A stretch of DNA of 64,000 bases from an uncultured delta proteobacterium (GCA_963843145.1 CAWJJC010000002.1:1-64000), one strand, 5' to 3'; shown: positions 39,474 through 49,918, counted from the stretch's first letter. Notes: generated by a model from the letters alone, not told the origin. Numbers and translations: made by a program.

Positions 39474-40802
39474 ATGGAAAAAAATAAGGATATTCAAATC
39501 GGTTTGATCGGCCTGGGAACCGTGGGCACCGGGGTGGTGACCCTTCTCCGGGAGAAGGAGAGTTCCCTTCAATCCCTGACAGGGTCCCGGCTGGTTCTGA
39601 AAAAAATCGCCGACCTGGACCTTTCGCGCGGACAGGGGTTGTCCCTGCCCTCGGGGGTGTTGACCCAAAAGGCCGAGGAAATCCTGGAAGACCCGGAAAT
39701 CAGGATCGTGGTGGAGCTGATCGGCGGGTACGAACCGGCCAAATCCTTTATCTTGAAGGCCCTGTCCGCCGGGAAGCACGTGGTTACCGCCAACAAGGCC
39801 CTGCTGGCCGAGGCGGGCAATGAATTATTTCGGGCGGCCCAGGATTACGGCCGACAGATCGGTTTCGAGGCCAGCGTCTGCGGGGGCATCCCGATCATCC
39901 TGGCCCTGCGCCAGGGTCTGGTGGCCAACGAGATCGAATCCCTTTTCGGGATCATGAACGGAACATCCAATTTTATCCTCTCCCGGATGTCGGAGGAAGG
40001 GCAGGCCTACTCCCAGGCCCTGGGGGAGGCCCAAAAGCTGGGCTACGCGGAGGCCGACCCGACCCTGGACGTGGAAGGGCACGACACGGCCCATAAACTG
40101 GCCATCCTCATGCATCTGGCCTACGGGCTGCCCATGGACGTGAAGGCCATCCACACGGAAGGCATCACCCGGATCACTCCCCAGGATATCGCCTTTGCCC
40201 GGGAGTTCGGGTACCGGGTGAAACTGCTGGCCATCTGCCGGAAAGGAAACGGGTTGGTCGAGGCCCGGGTCCATCCGACCATGATTCCGACGGATCACAT
40301 GTTGTCCAACGTCTCCGGGGCCTACAACGCCCTGTTCATTCACGGCGATGCCGTGGGGGACATCCTGCTCTACGGCCTGGGGGCCGGGATGATGCCCACC
40401 GGGAGCGCGGTGGTCAGCGACCTGGTGGACATCGGCCGGAATATCAACCAGGGCATAGCCCGGCGGATACCGCGTTCCAGCGTCCCACCGGAAGAACGGG
40501 GGGCGCCGTTGGCCGTCAAGCCCTTCGAAGAGATCGAGACGCATTATTATTTTCGTATTTCCGCCCTGGACCGCCCGGGGGTGTTGTCCACGGTCTCGGG
40601 GATTCTGGGAGAGCATCAGATCAGCATCGCCTCGGTGATCCAGAAAGGCCGGGACCAGGAAGGGTCGGTGCCGATCGTCATGATGACCCACAGCGCCCGG
40701 GAAAAAGCGGCCCAGGAGGCCATCGGCCGGATCGATCAGCTCCCGGTCATCACCGACCGGACCATGATCATCCGGGTGGAGGATTCGGGGCTCATTATTT
40801 AA
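39474..40802 (+). CDS. hom: Homoserine dehydrogenase
   Basis: GLGTVG, VVTANKA, GYAEADP, GAG..PTGSAV and ACT domain. Confidence 0.96.
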   Translation: MEKNKDIQIGLIGLGTVGTGVVTLLREKESSLQSLTGSRLVLKKIADLDLSRGQGLSLPSGVLTQKAEEILEDPEIRIVVELIGGYEPAKSFILKALSAGKHVVTANKALLAEAGNELFRAAQDYGRQIGFEASVCGGIPIILALRQGLVANEIESLFGIMNGTSNFILSRMSEEGQAYSQALGEAQKLGYAEADPTLDVEGHDTAHKLAILMHLAYGLPMDVKAIHTEGITRITPQDIAFAREFGYRVKLLAICRKGNGLVEARVHPTMIPTDHMLSNVSGAYNALFIHGDAVGDILLYGLGAGMMPTGSAVVSDLVDIGRNINQGIARRIPRSSVPPEERGAPLAVKPFEEIETHYYFRISALDRPGVLSTVSGILGEHQISIASVIQKGRDQEGSVPIVMMTHSAREKAAQEAIGRIDQLPVITDRTMIIRVEDSGLII

Positions 40803-40834
40803 TACGAAAAATAGCCTCTTTGCCCTGCAAGATG

Positions 40835-40899
40835 GCCAATAATCAATAATCAATTGATAATTAACAATTGATTATTGATTATTAATATCGTTCGGTTAG
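40835..40899. repeat. AATAATC heptamer palindrome element, copy C
   Basis: gccaataatcaataatcaattgataattaacaattgattattgattatt...ttcggttag. Confidence 0.9.
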
Positions 40900-40963
40900 G
40901 GAGTTTTCTTCCCCTTTTTGTTTTGATGTTTCGTGGGCGCCCCTCTGGGCATGAAGGTTTATC

Positions 40964-42181
40964 GTGAAATCAGAACACAAAAAATACATCATCCTGGTCG
41001 GCGACGGCATGGGAGACTATCCGGTGGAGGAGCTGGACGGAAAAACTCCGCTGGAAGCGGCCCGGACTCCCTTTATGGATCGGCTGGCCGCCCAGGGAAT
41101 TATGGGCTTTGCCCAGACCGTTCCGTCGGCCTGCGAACCGGGCAGCGATATCGCCAACCTGAGCCTCATGGGCTATGACCCCCTGACCTACCATACCGGA
41201 CGGGCCCCCCTGGAGGCCGCCAGCCTGGGGATCCGATTGAAGGATCAGGAAGTCGCCTTTCGCTGCAACCTGGTTCACCTGGAACATCGTTCCGCGGACT
41301 CCGTCTTTATGGACTCTTACAGCGCCGGTCACATCTCCAGCGAGGAGGGCCGGTTCCTGATTCAGGCCTTGAACGATGCGCTGGGAGAATCGGGACGGAC
41401 CTTTTACCCCGGTGTCAGCTACCGGCATTTGCTGGTCTGGGACGGGGGAGATCCCGCCCTGAAGACCCGGCCTCCCCACGATTTGACCGGCCAGGACGTG
41501 ACGGCCTATCTCTTTAAAGACCCATCGCTGGAACCGGTGACCGATTTGATCCGCCGGTCCTGGCCGGTGCTGAAAGACCACCCGATCAACCGGGGGCGGA
41601 AAGGGCAGGGGAAAGTGCCGGCCAACTCCATCTGGCTCTGGGGCCAGGGAAAGCGGCCGTCCATGCCTCTTTTCCAAGAGAAATACGGTCTGTCCGGCGG
41701 GATCATTTCCGCGGTCGACCTGCTGCGGGGGCTCGGCACCTGCCTGGGCTGGGAGATTCTGCGGGTGCCCGGGATAACCGGGTACCTGGATACCAATTAC
41801 CAGGGCAAGGCGGAAAAGGCCCTGGAGGCCCTCAAGAAGCTGGACCTGGTCTACGTCCACGTGGAAGCGCCGGACGAATCCTCCCATGAGGGCAGCCTGG
41901 AAAATAAAATCAAGGCCATCGAGGATTTCGACCGGGAGGTCGTGGGCCGCGTCTGGGAGGGCCTGAAGGCCTTCGAGGACTATTCCATCATGGTCGTCAC
42001 CGATCATTTTACCCCCATCTCCCGGATGACCCATACCCGCGAACCCGTCCCGCTGGTGGTCTTCCGTTCCACGGCCCCCCCGCGGAATCCCCGGGTCCGG
42101 GGTTTTTCCGAACGGTCGGCCATAGAAGGGGAAGTGGCTTTTCTCAAAGGAGATGAATTGATGGCTTGGTTTCTCAGCTAA
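40964..42181 (+). CDS. apgM: Cofactor-independent phosphoglycerate mutase (ApgM family)
   Basis: GDGMGD, GKTPLEAA, PGSDIAN, HVEAPDE.SH and TDHFTP. Confidence 0.9.
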   Translation: MKSEHKKYIILVGDGMGDYPVEELDGKTPLEAARTPFMDRLAAQGIMGFAQTVPSACEPGSDIANLSLMGYDPLTYHTGRAPLEAASLGIRLKDQEVAFRCNLVHLEHRSADSVFMDSYSAGHISSEEGRFLIQALNDALGESGRTFYPGVSYRHLLVWDGGDPALKTRPPHDLTGQDVTAYLFKDPSLEPVTDLIRRSWPVLKDHPINRGRKGQGKVPANSIWLWGQGKRPSMPLFQEKYGLSGGIISAVDLLRGLGTCLGWEILRVPGITGYLDTNYQGKAEKALEALKKLDLVYVHVEAPDESSHEGSLENKIKAIEDFDREVVGRVWEGLKAFEDYSIMVVTDHFTPISRMTHTREPVPLVVFRSTAPPRNPRVRGFSERSAIEGEVAFLKGDELMAWFLS

Positions 42182-42203
42182 ACCGAATGGAAATGGAAAA
42201 GCT

Positions 42204-42343
42204 AAATTCGAAATCCGAAGCACGAAATCCGAAACAAATTCAAATGACCAAATTTCACAAATTCGAAACGTTTTAGTTTTGGTCATTTGTATTTTGAACA
42301 TTTAACATTGTTTCGGATTTCGGATTTCGTGCTTCGGATTTAT
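42204..42343. repeat. AAATCCG heptamer inverted repeat
   Basis: aaattcg aaatccg aagcacg aaatccg...tttcgga tttcgga tttcgtg cttcgga ttt. Confidence 0.88.
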
Positions 42344-42386
42344 AGATCCTCTTGTTATAAATAAACCTATAAGGACATTGTACAAT

Positions 42387-42788
42387 ATGAAATACTTTAC
42401 TACCACCTATCGCGTCATCTACGGCGATGTGGATTCCATGCGGGTGGCCTACTATGCCAATTACCTGCGCTGGTTCGAGATCGGCCGGACGGAGCTGATC
42501 CGCAACCTGGGCCTGCCCTACATCGAAATGGAGGATAGGGGCTATCTGCTGCCGGTCTCGGAAGCCCACTTGAAATACGCCAAATCGGCCCGCTATGACG
42601 AGGTGATCCTGATCAACACCGGGGTCAATTACGTCAAAAAAGTCTCCATTCGCTTCGATTACCGGATCCTGAGCCAGGCCAACGAACTCCTGGTGGAGGG
42701 CTACACGGTCCACGGCTGCGTGGACCGGGAAGGGAAGATCGTGCGGCTGCCGGAGGTTTTGTATCAGGCTTTGGATAAATGGGATTAG
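42387..42788 (+). CDS. Acyl-CoA thioesterase (YbgC/FcbC hot-dog family)
   Basis: RVIYGDVDSM..AYYANYLRWFEIGR and ARYDE. Confidence 0.9.
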   Translation: MKYFTTTYRVIYGDVDSMRVAYYANYLRWFEIGRTELIRNLGLPYIEMEDRGYLLPVSEAHLKYAKSARYDEVILINTGVNYVKKVSIRFDYRILSQANELLVEGYTVHGCVDREGKIVRLPEVLYQALDKWD

Positions 42789-43351
42789 ATTAGTACGAAA
42801 AGATGAACATCGAACATTGAACGTCCAACATCGAACATCGAATTAAATACGAAAATACTGTTCGGAGAAGAAGTCGTAGGGCAGGCGTCTCGCCTGCCGA
42901 CCAGGTGAGGGGGATGGCTTTTTAGGGCTTCCACGGTAAGGTTTGGGATCCATCCTGACCTGGAGGGCCGAGCAGGGGACTATACGGTCCATGGCTGCGT
43001 GGACCGGGAAGGGAAGATCGTTCGACTGCCGGAGGTTCTGTATCAGGCTTTGGATAAGTGGGACTAGATTAGTTCGAATATAGATGAACATCGAACATCG
43101 AATCGATCCAACATCGAACATCGAATTATATACGAAAATACCGTTCGGAGAAGAAGTCGTAGGGCAGGCGTCTCGCCTGCCAACCAAGTGAGGGGGATGG
43201 CTTTTTGGGCTTCCACGGTAAGGTTTGGGACTCCATCTCTGACCTGGAGGGCCAAGCAGGGGGCTACACGGTCCATGGCTTTGTGGACCGGGAAGGGAAG
43301 ATTGTACGGCTGCCGGAGGTGCTGTATCAGATCTTGGATAAGTGGGATTGA
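42698..43351 (+). repeat. Diverged ~280-bp tandem repeat (2.3 units) starting in the thioesterase 3' end
   Basis: Units start at ~42698, 42977 and 43261, each with the last ~30 codons of the gene. Stops at 42788, 43067 and 43351. Confidence 0.9.
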
Positions 43352-43356
43352 TACCA

Positions 43357-43572
43357 ATGAAGAAGGATAAAGAAAGAGACAAAGACGAATTACGGGCCAA
43401 GTACCAACGCTCCGACTTCCCCCATGGACTGGTGCGAGGGAAGTACACGAACCAAATGCCAGAATGGCAAAAACAAGAACTTGATAAGAGGTATCAAGCT
43501 TATAAAGCGGGAGAACAGAATCTTCATGATTGGCAATCCGTTCATGAAGAAATAAGAAATAAATATAAATGA
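43357..43572 (+). pseudogene. Chimeric antitoxin relic (BrnA-like N-terminus + addiction-module C-terminus)
   Basis: DELRAKY...GLVRGKY fused to MPEWQKQELDKRY...DWQSV. Confidence 0.6.
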
Positions 43573-43694
43573 GGCTTCGTTATATCAACAGGTCAAAAGA
43601 TGATGTTGAATTGGCTTTTTCCTGATATGAAAGGCAATGGAGGGGGCTTGGTTTTGAATTCTTGGATTGTGTCGAGGCCTCCTTACAAAACATC
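43569..43694 (+). pseudogene. ParE/RelE toxin relic
   Basis: MRLRY...DVELAFS-stop-YERQ..GLGFEFLDCVE, with a premature TGA and truncation. Confidence 0.65.
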
Positions 43695-43883
43695 AGGGTT
43701 TTTGTCTTTCGTCGTCATGCCGGACTCGATCCGGCATCCAGTACATTCGAAAGGAGCATTTTGACGCCAGAAGGGATTGTCCTGTACTAAATTTTTCAAA
43801 TTCCCCTTGCACTCCACCAGGTGCATACTATTTCTTAAGGCAGACTTCAAATTTCGTCGTTAACGCGGAAGGGACAGTCAGCA

Positions 43884-43997
43884 ATGAGAGTCAAGTATTT
43901 TTCGGACACCGATACCACGCCAGTCGAATTCACAGATCACGAAGTAGAAGAAACAAAAGTGATCAACGAAAGCATATACGTTGACCTCGACCCCGAT
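43884..43997 (+). pseudogene. DUF2283-like small protein relic
   Basis: MRVKYFSDTDT...EF...ET..I...IYVDLD, then truncated. Confidence 0.55.
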
Positions 43998-44040
43998 GTC
44001 ATTCGCTTGTTGTTCGCCGGCTAGGAAGAAGGGTCAAATC

Positions 44041-44334
44041 ATGATTGACTTCGAATGGGACCTTGGCAAAGCCGAAACGAACCTCCGGAAGCATCGTGTT
44101 GCCTTCAGCGAGACCGCCACTGTTTTCAGGTTCGGATCGAGCATGACGATTTATGATCCTGACCACTCCGATCAGGAATCGCGATATCTAACCGTCGGGA
44201 CTTCGAATACTGGTCGTTTTTTGATGGTTGCCCATACCGACCGGGGTGATCGAACCCGCATCATCAGCGCACGGGAATTAACCCGAAAGGAGCGTGAAGC
44301 CTATGAAAAAGAACTCCAAAGACGAAACCTCTGA
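44041..44334 (+). CDS. BrnT family toxin
   Basis: FEWD..KA..N.RKH.V.F.E and RIISAR. Confidence 0.88.
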   Translation: MIDFEWDLGKAETNLRKHRVAFSETATVFRFGSSMTIYDPDHSDQESRYLTVGTSNTGRFLMVAHTDRGDRTRIISARELTRKEREAYEKELQRRNL

Positions 44335-44554
44335 TGAACTTCGTCCCGAATACGATCTCGCTAATTTGCTCAAGAAAGGTGTGCGAGGAAAATATTCCAA
44401 GCGCTACGAGCAAGGGACAAACCTCGTATTATTATCTCCCGACATCGCGAAAGCCTTCCCGACTGACGAAGCCGTGAATGAAGCTCTCCGGTTAGTTATC
44501 CAGTTGAAAAGGATTCCCAGGGGCGAGAAACGCACAGCAGCCAAGGCACGGTGA
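44303..44554 (+). CDS. BrnA-like antitoxin
   Basis: DELRPEYD...GVRGKY...LSPDIAKAFP..EAVNEALR. Confidence 0.82.
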   Translation: MKKNSKDETSDELRPEYDLANLLKKGVRGKYSKRYEQGTNLVLLSPDIAKAFPTDEAVNEALRLVIQLKRIPRGEKRTAAKAR

Positions 44555-44672
44555 AAATGTTAGGCGCATGGGCGCCGCAGCCCCAATAAATTGGCGGTCT
44601 GGTCTGTTGGGGAGTTATACAGAAACATTAGTAATAGCTTGTTAAATTTCATCATATCAGAAAGGGTGGAAA

Positions 44673-45221
44673 ATGAAAAAATGTGCCTTTGTTCTCCCGG
44701 CTCTTTTGATTTTCTCGTTAACTGCATGTTCCCACTTATATGCCTCAACGCTACAGCATCTCCGCAGATAATAATGTGGCACTGAAATCTGTTGGTGTGA
44801 GTGGCATTAATGTTGGCACATTCATAGGTCCGACCGAATTTGATAACAGTTGCCGCGCCGCTGGCCCAATAGCTCCACCCGATAGTATGTCCTTTGAATC
44901 GTACATCCGGAAGGGCTGGCAGACGAATTGAAGGTGGCAGGCATGTTTGATGATCAGTCGCCGAACTCGCCTACAGGCGTAGTTGAGCAGTTGTCTTTCT
45001 CTTCTTCAAGAGGGTTAACTGGCGGTATTTGGGACATCGGTCTGCGTGTCAACTCATCTAACGGGAAATCTAATTTCGTTAGCGAGCACTACGAGTTCAA
45101 CAGCGGTTTCGATGCGCTAACAGCGTGCAAACAAACTGCCGAGGCATATCTGCCAGCCGTTCAAAACCTTATTGGCAAATTGGTAAAATCTGCAGACTTT
45201 AGAGGTTTGGTAACGCCATAA
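44673..45221 (+). CDS. Lipoprotein in a cassette-like unit (frameshifted)
   Basis: MKK...LTACS lipobox across indels; continues through the 44740 and 44928 ORFs. Lower GC than flanks. Confidence 0.65.
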
Positions 45222-45256
45222 CCAACGCTTTCAGCCAACCAAGCCATTCGATACCG

Positions 45257-45385
45257 GTTGCTCAATGGGAGTCAGCTCTAAATGATTTGCTAAACGCAGA
45301 TTTATTCGTTGAGAGAGGGCAGAAGGGAGAAGTTTTTCAAGTGACAAGTTTAGGATACCAAATTGCTGATATGATAGAATTCTAG
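45257..45385 (+). pseudogene. 3' gene fragment (winged-helix-like tail)
   Basis: VAQWESALNDLLNADLFVERGQKGEVFQVTSLGYQIADMIEF-stop, resembling the C-termini of DUF4062-type proteins. Confidence 0.45.
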
Positions 45386-45582
45386 CTATAGCATCACCTT
45401 GCACAGGACGCCAAGAGTCTGAGTTTGGTGCAGATTACCTGGCCCGGGTTAGGAAGGAACAGGAGTCGCGCAGATCAGAAAAAGAAATATCCCGAGCCTT
45501 AGAAAGATTAACGGTACTCGAGCTTAGGTAGAATTTGCTTGAAGGGTCAAGAGTGCAATGAGCAATTAAGTGGGAGCAAAAA

Positions 45583-46245
45583 ATGCCAAAAGAAGATTTT
45601 CTCGATGAAATAATTCAAAGTTATCCGGGAATACATTCCATTAAAAAGCATATAGGGACTAGACTTGCCTCAAATTATGCCATGGGAACCCGGAATAATT
45701 CGTCCTATAAACTTAGATTAGGGTCAGGGATCGATGTTGGGTTAAAGACGCCCTGATGATAATCTTAACGCGGTAATAGAAGCGTTAATTATTTAGACAG
45801 AAAAAACATGAATGCTGAAATGCATGATTCCGTTCATGAATTCAAGAACTTTTCACCCTCAAAGAAAAGGGCTTTGATTTTAGGACTGTGGGTCAAACAG
45901 GATTCCAACCGCAAAAAGGGATATTATGATCTCAAAGATAAAGGTGTCTACGGGGATTCCATGTATATGCCGCCAACAAAAATAGGATCTTCTCAGAGCA
46001 ATTTTTACTCATTGTCAAAAAAGAGAGATATCCCAACAATAGAAGAAATTGAAATTATCCTTCGAAAAATAGCTCTACCGGGAATTGAAGTTGACGAAAA
46101 TGTCTTTAAGAAAACCGTTGAAGGCAAACTGCCCTTTATTATAAGTAATGGACGAGGGATTCCGACCGGACTGGTGGGAGATTATAAAAAGGAATCTCGA
46201 AGAGTTGTCAAAGGAAGGGTGAAAAATGGCCCAAATTTCATATGA
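45583..46245 (+). CDS. AT-rich hypothetical, possibly the N-terminal domain of the McrB-like protein (frameshifted)
   Basis: ATG after GGAG at 45583 and the 45808-46245 ORF, abutting the AAA domain with no clear separate start. Confidence 0.4.
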
Positions 46246-46278
46246 CCCGGCAAAAAAAACCATAAAAATGTGGATAGC

Positions 46279-47426
46279 ATGAAACATATTTTCGACTATT
46301 TCGAGAGCAAGGGCTTCTTATTTCCAAGGAGATCCTCACCCGGTATTTCCTCTCCTTAAAGACAAAGCCTTTTGTCATTCTTACCGGGATTTCCGGCACC
46401 GGAAAGACCAAGATCGCACAGATTTTTGCCGATTACATGTGTCAAGATTTATCACCGAGGAAAGGGAAGAGCGGATTGCCTTCGTGCCGGTTCGGCCCGA
46501 CTGGATGGATAATAAAGGCTTAATGGGTTATTATAACCTCCTGGATGAAAAGTATCATGCCACCCCCTTGTTGCGTCTGTTGATAGAAGCCGGTAGACAT
46601 CCGGAAAAACCGTATTTTGTTATCTTCGACGAAATGAACCTGGCCAAGGTGGAGACAGTATTTTTCCGATTTTCTGAGTATCATGGAGAGCCGAACAACC
46701 GGAAACCCTCGTGGGGAATTAGTGGATTTGCACGGCATGAGAGAGGCTGAAACGCCCGATGGGCTTAACCTATCCCGAAACGGTTCCCCATCCCACCGAA
46801 TGTCTATGTCACGGGAACTGTTAATGTCGATGAAACCACCTACATGTTCAGCCCGAAAGTACTGGACCGGGCGAACGTCGTTGAATTCAATGACATTGAT
46901 CTTAAAAATTATGAAAAAGGCGTCGTTTTCGATGACCAATTCAAGCTTAAAGATCCGGATATAAGAGAAAAGCTTCTTCCTGAAAATACTACGGCCCCTT
47001 TTTGCTCCAAAGCCGATTATAGTAAAGCTCTAAAGGTATCTCCCGAAGCCAATTATTTCCTGATAGAAATATTGGATATCCTCTATCCGTATAATCTTCA
47101 TTTCGGTTACCGAGTTGTTAACGAAATGTCGGCCTATTCATTTGCCTTGCCCGGGAAATGGTTGATAAGTTCGATTTGAATGACGCCATCGATATCCAGA
47201 TTGTCCAAAAAATTCTTCCCAAATTCCATGGAACCCAGGCGAAATTGGAAGAACCATTAAGAAGGCTTCTTGCGTTTTGCCTTGGCGACAATAGCGTTCC
47301 CGAGGTAACTTAGCTTAACTTTCCGGTTCTTTTGACAATAATGCCCGGTTCCCACGATCTTACCGAAAATTAGCCAGAATGATCCATAATCTAAGAACTC
47401 AAGGCTATACAAGTTTTATCGAGTGA
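46279..47426 (+). CDS. McrB-like AAA+ GTPase (multiple frameshifts)
   Basis: KPFVILTGISGTGKT, VRPDW, DEMNLA, GTVNVDETT, SPKVLDRAN, FGYR, QKILPK and GYTSF. Confidence 0.88.
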
Positions 47427-47427
47427 C

Positions 47428-49081
47428 ATGCCTGTTCTTGCCTATTCGCCTGAAGTTCGAATGGCCATTGCCGATGATCCCCTTTTCCCCGGCGAAGAGA
47501 GGGTTCCCTTTTTGCCATCGGGATGGCGTACCATTAATTCTCCAGGAATGGCGGATCTACTTCGTCAAATTCTACGGCAATTCAGTCCCCCGACTTTTTT
47601 CCTCAATCCAGTTTTTATACCCAGCGGAGGTTTCCCGGCCACCTTTTTGAAATCACTTTTCGCAACGTCGTCGGGATGACCCGCATCGGCCCTGTTCAGG
47701 TCCGCCTGGAAAGCGCAAAAATCAGTGACCTTCTTTATAAAGCGATGTTGAATTATCTGGCCGAAAAGTACGCCAACCTGGTTTTTAGTTTCACCTCGCC
47801 TGTTGGGCAAGGGTATCGAAAAGAAAAACCAGGGCAGGATATCGTGTATATTGAGTATCTTTTTTTAAAAAAGTATTTATTGGACAGTTCACCCAACCTG
47901 GATGGCATTACCTCTCTGATTTTGTCCAACCCTCATCATTGTCTCGCGAGGGAATTCCGGTATAATTCCTTGAATGAGGTTGCCGAATATTTCTCACGAA
48001 ATGATGATCCAGATGTTCAACTCCGCCGACCGGTTTTCCATCCTTAGAAATGAACATCCCCTTTTGTCAACCACTTACGCAGGGACCCTGTTCGGGAGAA
48101 CAGGCCGCAGACTCTACCCGACCGAGGTGGTCGAAGAAAAGAAGCACCATAGTGTTGATACGAAAGAAAATCAGTTTATAAAATTTTTTTTGCAGTTGAT
48201 TCAGCGCCGGTTGAACAAGTTTAAAAGGGCGCTTGAAGGGATTACCGGCGGCTATCTCAATCCAGACATCGAAATCCACCTGGGAAAAATGGAACGGGGA
48301 ATTGGTGTTTTTTTAGCCGATCCGTTTTGGCAGGATGTCGGAGCCATGGACTACCTTCCGGTCAGTTCTCAAATTTTGCAACGACGTGACGGATACCGCC
48401 AATTGTTTAACCTCTATTCTCTTCTGCAACTATCCTCTTCATTGCGATTTCAATTCTCAGGATTTCAAAAATCTTTTGGAAACCAAAGACACCCCGACGC
48501 TATTTCAATACTGGTCTTTTTTTATCATCAAAGACCTCCTTGACGGCATTCGAAAAATGATTTCCTGCCAAACGGTTGTTTTGGCAGAGCCATTGGAGCA
48601 ACGGATTAACCGGGAATTCATATCCGGTATGAAGGCGACATTTCTTTATGGTTCAATAAATCTTTTCCAGGATCTCCAGGGTTTCGCCCCTCATCAATCG
48701 GGAAGTAAGGGCCATCATTAATGATAGTTATTCTCACACCTTACGGCCAGACATCGTCCTCTCCAAAGGCCATAAGCTTCTCATCTTTGACGCGAAGTTC
48801 AAGGGGGAGAGGAATGGTTTTTACGGTGAAGATATAGATGAAAAAATTTCCTCTTGGAAAGAAGCAGATATTGACAAAATGATACCTACCGGGAGGCGAT
48901 ACGGGGCGTCAGGGGCGCCTATATACTTTATCCCGGTGAAGAACCAATTATATTTTCCGCCCCTGATTCGGAAGGATTATGGGAAGGGGTTGGGGCTTTA
49001 CCATTGAAACCTGAAACGGGTGACCGCCCAGTTCAAAAACATTTAGATGACCTTAAAATAATAATCAATAATTTCATTTAG
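47428..49081 (+). CDS. McrC-like DUF2357 / PD-(D/E)XK nuclease (multiple frameshifts)
   Basis: DTKENQFIK, GYRQL, LFQYWSF, RPDIVL...IFDAKFK and DIDKM..YREAI...AYILYPG. Confidence 0.85.
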
Positions 49082-49134
49082 ACAGTTTTCAATGGTCCCT
49101 GCAAACTATAAGAAGCTGAGCGAAGAAGTTGACC

Positions 49135-49565
49135 GTGGAAAATAAGAATCGCACCTATATCTCATCTTGCGGTCTTGACTGCGGCTCCCGCTGTCTGCTC
49201 AAGGTTCAGGTGGAGGGAGGACAGGTAACAAAGATTACGACCGATGACCAACCCGGGCCCGGCCTGAAGGCCTGTGCCCGCGGACTGGCCCAGCGGGAAG
49301 TCCTGTACGCCGCGGATCGTCTCCGGGTCCCGCTGAAAAGGACGGGGGCCCGGGGGAGCGGGGAGTTCGAGCCCATATCCTGGGAAGAGGCCCTGGATCA
49401 GATCGCCAAAGAGCTGCGAAGGGTGAAGGGGCAATACGGCCCTCAGTCCGTCTTTCCGCTGGGGCATTCCGGCTCCATGAGCGCCTTGCACAATACCGGC
49501 CGGATGGGCTACCGCTTCTTTTCCCTCTTCGGCGGCTGCACGACCTGTTGGGGTAATACTTCCAT
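49135..49565 (+). pseudogene. Diverged duplicate of the first ~430 bp of the downstream molybdoenzyme gene
   Basis: Aligns with 50140-50571, with mostly synonymous differences in the 5' part inspected. Confidence 0.9.
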
Positions 49566-49711
49566 ATCAGGCATCGAAGGTTTCTTCTTGCCGGTTGTCC
49601 TTGGAACGGTAGATGGTCCGGGGGTTCTCGTTCGACCTTGAGGCTCACGACAGGTTCCGGGAGATAGGTTATTCGTTCTTGAGAGAATGTGGCCCGGATG
49701 ATATAGCGGGC

Positions 49712-49918
49712 TTAGACTTCGCGGGGTATGCTGAACAATTCGATCACTAAAGGACATGGGGCTGAATTTTTATCTACGAATTGGCAATCTTCCTGATTGC
49801 ATTTAACAAAACTGTCTTTTTTATATTTGAGGCCGATATGAGTCTTATTTTTTAAAATAATCTTAACGTTCTCACTGACCACATTACAATAATAGTCTTT
49901 AATGTTCCTTTTCGCCAT
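49712..49918 (-). CDS. Small four-Cys hypothetical protein
   Basis: RBS GAGGG; YYC...KCNQEDCQF...PCPL. Confidence 0.55.
   Translation of the reverse strand: MAKRNIKDYYCNVVSENVKIILKNKTHIGLKYKKDSFVKCNQEDCQFVDKNSAPCPLVIELFSIPREV

Noticed and set aside
39825-42301. Long antisense ORFs (342 and 443 aa) and similar ones opposite dnaK and alaC
   Set aside because: These are shadow frames of GC-rich conserved genes.
8137-43126. CRISPR array
   Set aside because: The repeats are 6-9-nt tandem units or hairpins without regular unique spacers, and there are no cas genes.
43620-43630. In-frame TGA as selenocysteine
   Set aside because: It sits at a Trp position of a truncated ParE relic, so a nonsense change is simpler.
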